A stretch of 50,397 nucleotides of DNA from NCBI GenBank assembly GCA_051001345.1, contig JBPCNK010000126.1:1-50397 (forward strand), in the 5' to 3' direction. The DNA is from Acidobacteriota bacterium. GTDB lineage: Bacteria; Acidobacteriota; UBA6911; JACQSX01; JBPCNK01. The notes beneath the pieces are model-generated. The model was given only the letters and a program-made list of their open reading frames with translations. It made no database searches and had not been told where the DNA came from. Positions 1 through 7,052 of the stretch are shown in pieces (position 1 is the first letter of the stretch; every line of letters begins with the position of its first letter). Made by a program: the position numbers and the translations under genes.

Positions 1-141
1 CTGGTAGCAGGGCCGGGCCCGTTCGCTTACGCGCGCGGCACCGCCGTTCGCGGCACTGACACCTCTGGCCCGCGACGCGATTGCGGCCCGACGAACGTTC
101 CCCGCCCCTGCCATGAGAAGCAACCATCAACAGTGCCGCGA

Positions 142-340
142 GCGGCACCGTTAATTGGGGCGCCGAGCACAAGCGTGGTCGCTAACCAAGGGTGCAAAAA
201 AGCCGGGCACGTCAAGATTTTCTGGCGGCTGGCGACTTCTCTCGCGACTTGCGACCATAAGGTACAATCAAAGCGAGATGCGAGCCTACGCAGCCATCTT
301 TCTTGTACTGAGCATCGAGCTCGACCTTGGGCTTGGCCGT
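142..340 (+). repeat. Rep-A copy 1: repeated leader cassette, internally deleted form
   Basis: Aligns by eye with 1617-1830 and 16404-16600. Shared blocks: CCGTTAATTGKGGCGCCGA, GTCAAGATTTTCTGGCGxCTGGCGACT heptamer run, GGTACAAT box and the ATG of a small ORF. Here that ORF (MRAYAAIFLVLSIELDLGLGR) runs in frame into the next gene. Confidence 0.8.
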
Positions 341-1291
341 ATGAGAATACCGGCACTGCTCTCTGCAGTGGTCTTTCTCAGCTCGTGTCTTTTTGCTCAA
401 ACAGGGATTTCGCACTCCTTGACTCTGCAGGAAGCCGAGACAATAGCACCGCGCGACAACCCACGGTTGAAGTCTTCGGCTGAGGAAGCGAGAGTCAAGC
501 AGGCTGATGTTGTTTCGGCCGCAATAAGACTCAATCCCGTCTTCAGTTTCGATGGCGATGGTATCAGGCGCCTAACGAGCGACTCCGATTTTCCTGCAGC
601 GACCGCGGACGATTCGCCCAGTGCGACGCCAGGTGTGTTTCCGAGTTCGGCGCCCCAGCCGGTCGTTGCGCTGTCGACCAAGCCTGGAAGCCACGGTTTC
701 CACTGGACACCGGCGCTGCGGCAATCGCTGCTCTTCCTTGGGCTGCAGCACGGCTACATGTTCACCGAAGAAAAAACAAGGCGAGAGTTGGGCGGTCCCT
801 TCTTCAGGGACTACTTCCGTTCCCTCTCTCATCTCAAGGGCTGGAAAGACGGCGGGCGCCAGTTTACAAATTATTTGGCGCATCCCATGCAGGGCTCGTT
901 CTATGGTTTCATCCAGGTGCAGAACGACCCACACGGCATTAGCCAGGCCTTCGGGCCCTCGGCCCCATACTGGAGGAGCCGCATGAAAGCGCTGGCATGG
1001 AGCGCTGCCTGGAGCACACAATTTGAATTGGGACCCGTTAGCCAAGCATCGGTCGGCAACGTTGGCTTGCACAAACGGAAGTTGACGTATGTCGATCTGG
1101 TGATCACTCCCACGCTGGGTACGGCGTTACTTGTTAGTGAAGATGCCCTGGATCGTTACGTGATGCGCTGGGTTGAACGCACGACCGGCAAGAAACTTGT
1201 CATAAATTCGGTCAGAGTTCTCCTGAATCCAACGCGAAGCTGCGCCAACCTGATCCGGTTCAGGACACCTTGGCATCGGGATCGTAAGTAA
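341..1291 (+). CDS. Chimeric secreted protein: TolC/CzcC-type signal peptide plus first ~75 aa, fused to an unrelated ~240-aa domain of unknown function
   Basis: Lies in ORF 155..1291, with ATG at 341 (MRIPALLSAVVFLSSCLFAQ). Residues 1-75 are near-identical to the TolC fragment at 2117 and the paralog at 16711. TolC similarity stops at NPVFSFDGDGIR. The C-terminal part carries NYLAHPMQGSFYG and resembles no family I can name with confidence. There is no SD; an alternative in-frame start lies at 278. Confidence 0.6.
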   Translation: MRIPALLSAVVFLSSCLFAQTGISHSLTLQEAETIAPRDNPRLKSSAEEARVKQADVVSAAIRLNPVFSFDGDGIRRLTSDSDFPAATADDSPSATPGVFPSSAPQPVVALSTKPGSHGFHWTPALRQSLLFLGLQHGYMFTEEKTRRELGGPFFRDYFRSLSHLKGWKDGGRQFTNYLAHPMQGSFYGFIQVQNDPHGISQAFGPSAPYWRSRMKALAWSAAWSTQFELGPVSQASVGNVGLHKRKLTYVDLVITPTLGTALLVSEDALDRYVMRWVERTTGKKLVINSVRVLLNPTRSCANLIRFRTPWHRDRK

Positions 1292-1320
1292 CGAGCGGTC
1301 GGTCTTCCGAGCAACATCAC

Positions 1321-1568
1321 ACCCCGCGAGCTTTTGAGCGATTTCGATTCTGTCCTTCGCGTAAATTTGGCGAGATTCAGCCAAGGAGAGATCTCAAGGG
1401 GAGAACTCGTGAGAGTTGAAATCGAACGCGCCGGTTTGTAAGCGATCTGATGAGTGCTGAACTGGCGCTGGCCAGCGAAAAAGCCGGCCTGCTGCCTCTG
1501 ATGGGACCGCCTGAACTGAGCCGGGACATCGAGACCGCCCATGGTTTGCCGGCGAATGCGGGTCCGTG
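1321..1568 (+). pseudogene. TolC/CzcC-like internal fragment (stop-containing, frameshifted remnant)
   Basis: Manual translation gives ELLSDFDSVLRVNLARFSQGEISRGELVRVEIERAGL, then a stop. After a frame change it reads SDLMSAELALASEKAGLLPLMGPPEL. This is colinear with FEELVRLNTVRFREGQIAEGELLKVLLERIRF...LLELLG of the intact TolC at 27841. Confidence 0.55.
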
Positions 1569-1616
1569 AGAGACCTTCTGATCAAAACAAGCGCCACGGA
1601 CCCGCTCGCGTCGCTC

Positions 1617-2116
1617 GCGGCACCGTTAATTGTGGCGCCGAGCAAAAGCGCGGTCGCTAACCAAGGGCGCAAAAAAGGTGGGCTCGTCAAGATTTTCTGG
1701 CGACTGGCGACTCTCTCGCGACTCGCGACTCGCGACTTTAAGGTATCATTGAAGCGAGATGCGATCCTGCGCAGCAATCTTCCTTCTACTGAGCATCGTG
1801 CTCGATCTGGGCTTTGCCGTCTCCTGCGACGATGAAGCCCTCGCGTTTCTGCCACAGCAAAGCCAATCAGCCGGCTATTCGAGACAGGATCCATCCCCAC
1901 AACAGGACGACGGCGGTTTGGGCCATGAGTGTTTCTGCTGCTGCCGCCACATCCGGCAGGAAGAGCAATCAGACACGTCTGTGCAGTTGCACGCCTCCAT
2001 TCGTGGCTCGGATGCCTACAGTCTGGCGACCGATACAACGCCGGTTCCCCTTTACCAACCCCCGCAATCAAACTCCTGATCACTAAACCGTCCGTTTAGT
2101 TTTTAAGGAGATCATC
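1617..2116 (+). repeat. Rep-A copy 2: full-length form containing an intact small ORF
   Basis: Has the same blocks as copies 1 and 3, plus about 190 bp that the other copies lack. It ends in CTCCTGATCACTAAAC...AAGGAGATCATC ATG, shared with copy 3 (16665-16710). Confidence 0.8.
1759..2079 (+). CDS. Small secreted Cys-rich protein (operon-leader type, CzcI-like position)
   Basis: 106-aa ORF with a hydrophobic N-terminus (MRSCAAIFLLLSIVLDLGFAVSCDDE) and a HECFCCCRH cluster. A TATCAT box lies 10 nt upstream of the ATG. It sits directly upstream of a TolC-type gene start. The same ORF is deleted or truncated in Rep-A copies 1 and 3. Confidence 0.5.
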   Translation: MRSCAAIFLLLSIVLDLGFAVSCDDEALAFLPQQSQSAGYSRQDPSPQQDDGGLGHECFCCCRHIRQEEQSDTSVQLHASIRGSDAYSLATDTTPVPLYQPPQSNS

Positions 2117-2632
2117 ATGAAAATACCGGCACTGCTCTGTGCAGCGGTCTTTCTCAGCTCGTGTCTTTTTGCTCAAACAGAGATTTCGCGCTCCTTGACT
2201 CTGCGGGAAGCCGAAACAATAGCACTGCGCGACAACCCACGGTTGAAGTCTCTGGCTGATGAAGTGAGAGTCAAGCAGGCTGATGTGGTTTCGGCCGCAA
2301 AGAGACTCAATCCCGTCTTCAGCTTCGATGGCGATGGCATCCGGGGACTCAACACCAGTGAAATGGCCTTTCGCCTGGATCAGGAGTTCGAACTCGGGGG
2401 CAAACGTCGACTTCGCACGGAAGTCGTCCAACTGGAAGTTGAAATCGAAGACCTCGTGCTCCAAAACGAGAGGTTCAGGCTGCTGTTGGCGGTCCGCCAG
2501 GCGTATCTTCGAGCGGCCTTTGCCGCTAAACAACTCTCAATTTTTCGCGAGCAGCGACTTTGGTCTTTCAGCGAAACCTCCAGTTCTTCGACGAGCGGCA
2601 TCTGTTCCTCTCTTGTGGTTAAACACATGTAG
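2117..2632 (+). pseudogene. Truncated TolC/CzcC-family outer membrane factor (N-terminal ~145 aa only)
   Basis: AAGGAG SD, signal peptide MKIPALLCAAVFLSSCLFAQ, then TolC-like LTLREAETIALRDNPRLKS...EFELGGKRRLR...AVRQAYLRAAFA. TolC character is lost near 2555, and the ORF ends in unrelated sequence next to the vapC 3' end. Confidence 0.7.
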
Positions 2633-2677
2633 CGCTGCGGGGCATCACTTACGATCCCTTGCCTCCCTGGGGGCGCT

Positions 2678-3067
2678 TCACGCGGCCGCCTTGATATCCG
2701 TCTTGCCAAAGTCCTGCCCCTTGAATAACAGCGGCTCCCCGGTGGCTTTGGCGAGCGCATAGGCGAAGCAGTCGCCAAAATTCAGCCCGGCCGGGTGGCG
2801 GCCCTTGCCGAAGTCGAGAAAGGCCTGGCGCGCGAGGTGCGCCTGCTCAACGCTGAGAAACTCGATGACGATGCCGGCTCTACGAAAAAAAATATCGCAC
2901 TGGCGGCCGGCATCCGGCCCAATCTGAGCTTCAACGACGATGGAGAGCTAAACGAAATTGGCGGCGCTGATGAGGCAGCGATCGGCGTCGTGGATGAGTT
3001 TGGTGTAGAGAGAGGCTTCCGGTTCCCCAAAAATGATGGCGGCGAGCGCCGAGGTGTCGAGGATCAT
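2678..3067 (-). pseudogene. vapC: VapC PIN-domain toxin interrupted by an in-frame amber codon
   Basis: Manual translation from ATG 3067 gives MILDTSALAAIIFGEPEASLYTKLIHDADRCLISAANFV, then TAG at 2948-2950. It continues LSIVVEAQIGPDAGRQ...NFGDCFAYALAKATGEPLLFKGQDFGKTDI to TGA at 2678. The ATGA overlaps the vapB stop. The gene is missing from the ORF track because of the stop. Confidence 0.8.
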
Positions 3068-3339
3068 TTGGGGAGGCCGTGTTCGTCATAGAGGAATTCG
3101 GCGTGGTCGAGATAAGGCCGTTTGATCTGGGAGGAGGCCCGCTTCGCGATGGCGAGCAGTTCCTCGACGGAAGCTTTGCCGCGATGGCTTTGGAGGCGTT
3201 CGTAGCGTTCCCGCAGAGCTTCAGTGACGACATGAGTCATGGTCTCACCGGTGGCTTTGGCAATGGCCTGGGCGAGGCGATGGGCTTCCGGGTCTTTCAC
3301 ATTGAGGCTCATGGTGTTTTTATCTTTCTGTATATTCAT
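3064..3339 (-). CDS. vapB: VapB-family antitoxin (Rv0623-like type)
   Basis: MSLNVKDPEAHRLAQAIAKATGETMTHVVTEALRERYERL is typical of VapB-type antitoxins. It overlaps vapC by 4 nt. The true start may be the internal ATG at 3312. Confidence 0.75.
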   Translation of the reverse strand: MNIQKDKNTMSLNVKDPEAHRLAQAIAKATGETMTHVVTEALRERYERLQSHRGKASVEELLAIAKRASSQIKRPYLDHAEFLYDEHGLPK

Positions 3340-3420
3340 CTATCTTTCTTTATTCTAGTGCCGTTTCCGATTCGTGCCAAGTCCCATTGGTCAAACGGCC
3401 GGATCCCAAGTTGTTTCTTA

Positions 3421-3898
3421 CCTTTCCACCGTTTGGGTGGTGGGGGACCTCTATGAACATAACTTCCGTGATGTTCGCATAGGATCGAGAGCACGGATCA
3501 CGACCGTCGCTTATCCCGGTCGAGAATTCCATGGAAAAGTCAGTTACATCGATCCCCAGGTCAATCCCGAGACGAGGACCAGCCGGGTCCGCGCCGAGGT
3601 GTCAAACTCGGATGCACGGTTTCGTCTCAACATGTTTGTCGAACTGAGGTTTGAAGGGCGAGGGGACGCAGTCATCAGCGTTCCGGAGCAGGCGGTTCAG
3701 TTTGTCGGGGACCGGGCGGTTGTCTACCAGCCCGATCCAAAGATTGCGGGGAAATTCCTGCAGAAGCCGGTCGAGCTGGGCAACAAGGGCGCGGGTTCTT
3801 ACGAAGTGTTGGGCGGTCTTCAGCCGGGCGGCCGAGTCGTCACCAAGGGGAGTTTCATATTGCGTTCAGAAAGTCTGAGGATGAATCCACAACAATGA
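3421..3898 (+). pseudogene. C-terminal fragment of an RND periplasmic adaptor (duplicate of 15573-16050)
   Basis: Nucleotide similarity to the 3' end of the adaptor gene at 14842..16050 starts abruptly at CCTTTCCACCGTTTGGGTGG. The translation LSTVWVVGDLYEHNFRDVRIGSRARITTVAYPGREF...RSESLRMNPQQ is near-identical. There is no N-terminal part. Confidence 0.85.
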
Positions 3899-4523
3899 CG
3901 ATGAACAGAGTTGAAAAAGCGCTGATGAACAATCCCCTGCGCGCCCTGCTACAGCGGCAGTACGAGGCCCCTCTTATGGAGCGTCTTGGTGGACGCGTGG
4001 AAGGCATGTGCGTTCTTGAAATCGGGTGCGGGCGCGGTATCGGCGCCGAGATCATCTTTGAGCGATTCGGAGCGCGGGAGGTTCATGCCTTCGACCTCGA
4101 CCCAGATATGGTCGAACGGGCCCGCCATCGACTGTCCGGCTACCCCCCCGATCGTCTGCGGCTGTTTGTCGGCGATGCGGCGGCGATTGAAGCGGAAGAC
4201 GAATCATTCGATGCGGTCTTCGATTTCGGGATCATTCACCACATCCCCAACTGGAGACGCGCGGTGTCTGAAGTCGCCCGCGTGCTCCGGCCCGGCGGAC
4301 GGTTTTTTTTGAAGAGGTGACGAGCCATGCGCTCAACCGCTGGTCTTACCGGACATTCCTTGAACACCGGGCCGACAACCGCTTCAGCGGAGAAGAATTC
4401 GTCGCGGAACTTGAACGGCAGAGCATCCGTGTCGGAGGCAACTTCGTCGAGCGGTTCTTCGGCGACTTCATTATCGGCACGGGCCGCAAGATACAAGATG
4501 TGAAGGGTAGCCCCGCCTGCTGA
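3895..4523 (+). pseudogene. Class I SAM-dependent methyltransferase split by a frameshift in a T8 run
   Basis: VLEIGCGRGIG (motif I) and VLRPGGRFF lie in ORF 3895..4320. The rest (EEVTSHALNRWSYRTFLEH...) continues in another frame as ORF 4317..4523. The junction is the T8 run at 4303-4310; nine or six T residues would restore GGRFF(F)EEVTSH. Confidence 0.75.
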
Positions 4524-4571
4524 CACCAATCGTTACAGTGGATGGCCAAGATCGCAAAGCCGGCTTTCCGC

Positions 4572-4602
4572 TTGATTCTGGACTTAACTCCAGATTGTAT
4601 AA
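4572..4602 (+). promoter_or_regulatory. MerR-type promoter with a 19-bp spacer and internal dyad
   Basis: TTGATT (4572-4577), a 19-nt spacer containing CTGGA-N6-TCCAG, then TATAAT (4597-4602). It lies upstream of the merR-like gene. Confidence 0.6.
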
Positions 4603-4634
4603 TTTCCTAATTGCCAGAGGAGGACGGTGCCCGA

Positions 4635-5090
4635 ATGGCCCAGGCAGAACTTCGCATTGGTGAACTGGCGGCGCGCACCGGTGTCAGCATCGACACGGTG
4701 CGCTACTATGAGCGCCGGCGCCTGTTGCCGCGCGCTACGCGCACGGGCGGCGGCTTCCGGCTCTTCACACCCGAGACGGTCAAGCGGATTCTCTTTATCA
4801 AACAGGCGCAGCACATCGGCCTTTCGCTGGACACGATTATGGAGCTACTTGCGACACGAGGCGGCGCGGGCCAGTGTCTTCGCGTCAGCGAGCTTTTGCG
4901 CGTCAAGCTAGCAGAGATGGATGAACGCATCAAGGCCATGCGGGATTTTCGCCGAACTCTTTCGGGTCATCTCGCGGCGTGCGAAAGAGAGTTAATGGCG
5001 AGGGGCGCGGCCGCCGCGTGCCCGGTGTTGGAAGGGATCACCCACACCGCCACCTCCCCGAAAGCCGGCCCGCCGAAGGAGAAAAGATGA
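4635..5090 (+). CDS. MerR-family metal-responsive transcriptional regulator
   Basis: LRIGELAARTGVSIDTVRYYERRRLL HTH. Cys residues at GQC, AAC and AACP have MerR-like spacing. A GAGGAGG SD lies upstream of ATG 4635, and the stop overlaps the next start (ATGA). Confidence 0.8.
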   Translation: MAQAELRIGELAARTGVSIDTVRYYERRRLLPRATRTGGGFRLFTPETVKRILFIKQAQHIGLSLDTIMELLATRGGAGQCLRVSELLRVKLAEMDERIKAMRDFRRTLSGHLAACERELMARGAAAACPVLEGITHTATSPKAGPPKEKR

Positions 5091-5722
5091 AAGAGGAAGT
5101 GTTGATGACCAGCGGCGCAGTCGTAGCCGCCGGCGCGGCGAGTCTGTGTTGCATCGGGCCCGTGCTGTTCGCCGCGTTCGGCCTCGGCGCCTTCGGGGCG
5201 GCGACCGTCTTCGAGCCAATGCGGCCGTATCTTTTAGGCGGCGCCGTTCTACTGCTGGCATTCGGCTTCCACCGCGCGTATTTCCGCCGCCAGAGCGTCT
5301 GCGCGCCCGGCGAGGCATGCGCGACCAAACCACTGGACCGAGTGGGGCGCGCCGGGCTATGGATCGCGTCGGTGGCGGTGCTGGCCTTCGCGCTCGCTCC
5401 CTACTACGTCGGCCACATCGCGGCCGCGCTCGTGCGCAGCGAGTCGCCTATGACAACAGCGCCTGCCGCGGCGCCGGCTGCGGAGATGGGCTTCGAAACG
5501 GTCACGGTGCGGGTCGAGGGCATGGACTGCACGAGTTGCGAAATATCGATCAAGGCGGCACTCGAACGGGTGCCGGGCGTGCGCTCGGCGGATGTGAGCT
5601 ACAAACGCGGAGATGTCCGCGTCGAGTACGACAAGCATCAGACCGACGTCAATCAGATCAGGCGGGCCATCGATTCGACGGGTTACAAGACCAAATGGCG
5701 AGAGCCGGCGGGTAGGGACTGA
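5087..5722 (+). CDS. merT: MerT-like mercuric/heavy-metal transporter fused to a C-terminal HMA (MerP-like) domain
   Basis: SLCCIGPVLFAAFGLG...EPMRPYLLGGA...CAPGEAC matches the MerT TM1 CC and loop Cys pair. The C-terminus has VRVEGMDCTSCEISIKAALERVPGV (GMxCxxC). AAGGAG SD is present. Confidence 0.75.
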   Translation: MKEEVLMTSGAVVAAGAASLCCIGPVLFAAFGLGAFGAATVFEPMRPYLLGGAVLLLAFGFHRAYFRRQSVCAPGEACATKPLDRVGRAGLWIASVAVLAFALAPYYVGHIAAALVRSESPMTTAPAAAPAAEMGFETVTVRVEGMDCTSCEISIKAALERVPGVRSADVSYKRGDVRVEYDKHQTDVNQIRRAIDSTGYKTKWREPAGRD

Positions 5723-5763
5723 AGCACAAATTGGGTAGCGCGAGTGAACAAAGGAGACAAGAC

Positions 5764-6357
5764 ATGAAACACTGTTGCGCCGCAAGAGGACAATCCGATA
5801 CGCCGACGGCGCGTCAGGTAAGCCCGGCGGCAGATACGCAGTGCGCGAAGTGCGGCGGGAAAGGGAGCGGCGTCGAGCGCAAGACGGTGCTGCATCACGT
5901 CCTGCCTGCGCTGCTTAACCGGGTCAATGACGAGGTGTATCGCTTCTGCCCCGACCCCGGATGCGCGCTCGTCTACTACGGCGATGGCGGGACACACTTC
6001 ACCGTCAAGGACGTACGCGAACTCGTCACTGTGAAGGCCAGTGGGGACGAGCGGCCCATCTGCTACTGCTTTGGGTTCAACGAAGGCGAGGCGCGCCGGG
6101 AGATCGCCCGCACGGGAACGAGCTCGATCCCGGCGCAGATCAGCGGGCTGATCAAGGCCCGCATGTGCGCCTGCGAGGTGCGCAACCCTTCTGGTGCCTG
6201 CTGCCTCGGACTGGCCACCCAGACGGTCAAATGCCTTTCGGAAGAGCACAAGGCTTCCGCACGTGAGCTTCGAGCGCGGCGGCAGGGGCGGGATTATACA
6301 AAACCCCGTACGGCAATCATCCAAGATTGCAAGTTCTCACCGTTGGTGAACTACTGA
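5764..6357 (+). CDS. Cys-rich metallochaperone-like protein (CopZ N-terminal Zn/Fe-S-type domain suspected)
   Basis: Cys pattern CAKCGGKG...YRFCPDPGCALVYY...ICYCFGF...CACEVRNPSGACCL. AAGGAGA SD precedes ATG 5764. It is third in the mer-like operon. The family assignment is from memory of the motif pattern only. Confidence 0.5.
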   Translation: MKHCCAARGQSDTPTARQVSPAADTQCAKCGGKGSGVERKTVLHHVLPALLNRVNDEVYRFCPDPGCALVYYGDGGTHFTVKDVRELVTVKASGDERPICYCFGFNEGEARREIARTGTSSIPAQISGLIKARMCACEVRNPSGACCLGLATQTVKCLSEEHKASARELRARRQGRDYTKPRTAIIQDCKFSPLVNY

Positions 6358-6527
6358 ATGGCGCAAGCATCGACTATCCGCCCCAGCATGCCAGAGCGGA
6401 TACGACGTTCAAGAAGGCGCCCAAGGTACGGGCCACGAAAGAGCGGCAATTGCCGCTTGTCGCCGAGCGGCCCTACGACGACTCCGAGGATTAGCAACAC
6501 GCCGACAGAGCATTGCTGCCAGCGACT

Positions 6528-7043
6528 TCATTTGCTTCTTCGGATGTCCTTCAATCGAATTACTGACGGTCCGCGCTTTCCTTTCGTGTCTTGAGCGGGG
6601 ATCGTGCCCTCGAACAACAGATCCTTGCCGCTAGAGGCTTTCAAAATTTCGGCCTTGAGTGCCGCCTTTGGATCGGCGACTACATCAAAAATCTCGTTTG
6701 TTCCGGAGATTCTCACGTGCATTCTTTCACCGACGGATTGAATTTGCCCAACCCCAACGGCATTTGCATCCTTGGGTGAAAAGCCGTTCCGCTTGACCGC
6801 CGCAATGATTTGTTCCATCCGGACGCTGTTGCCGGGTTTCAGGCGAATATTCGCGAATCCCTTGTTCAGGCTGACGTTGACAGATTCGACACCGTCAATC
6901 TTCCGTAGCGTCACGCTCACGGCGTGGGCACAGATGCCTCAGTCCATGCCAAAGATGGTCAGGTCGATTTGGCGAAATTCGGCGCTCGCGTTCAGAGACA
7001 ACGCAAACAGTAGCGTTAGAGCGAGGACAACGTGCTTTCGCAT
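6528..7043 (-). CDS. Secreted HMA-domain protein with in-frame TGA at the first metal-binding Cys (candidate selenoprotein, or a nonsense pseudogene)
   Basis: GAGGTG SD, ATG 7043, signal peptide MRKHVVLALTLLFALSLNASA, then FGMD-TGA(6939-6941)-GICAHAVSVTLRKIDGVESVNVSL...IIAAVKRNGF. The track ORF 6528..6920 is only the part after the TGA. A hairpin follows at 6902-6934. Confidence 0.6.
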
Positions 7044-7052
7044 AAAATCACC

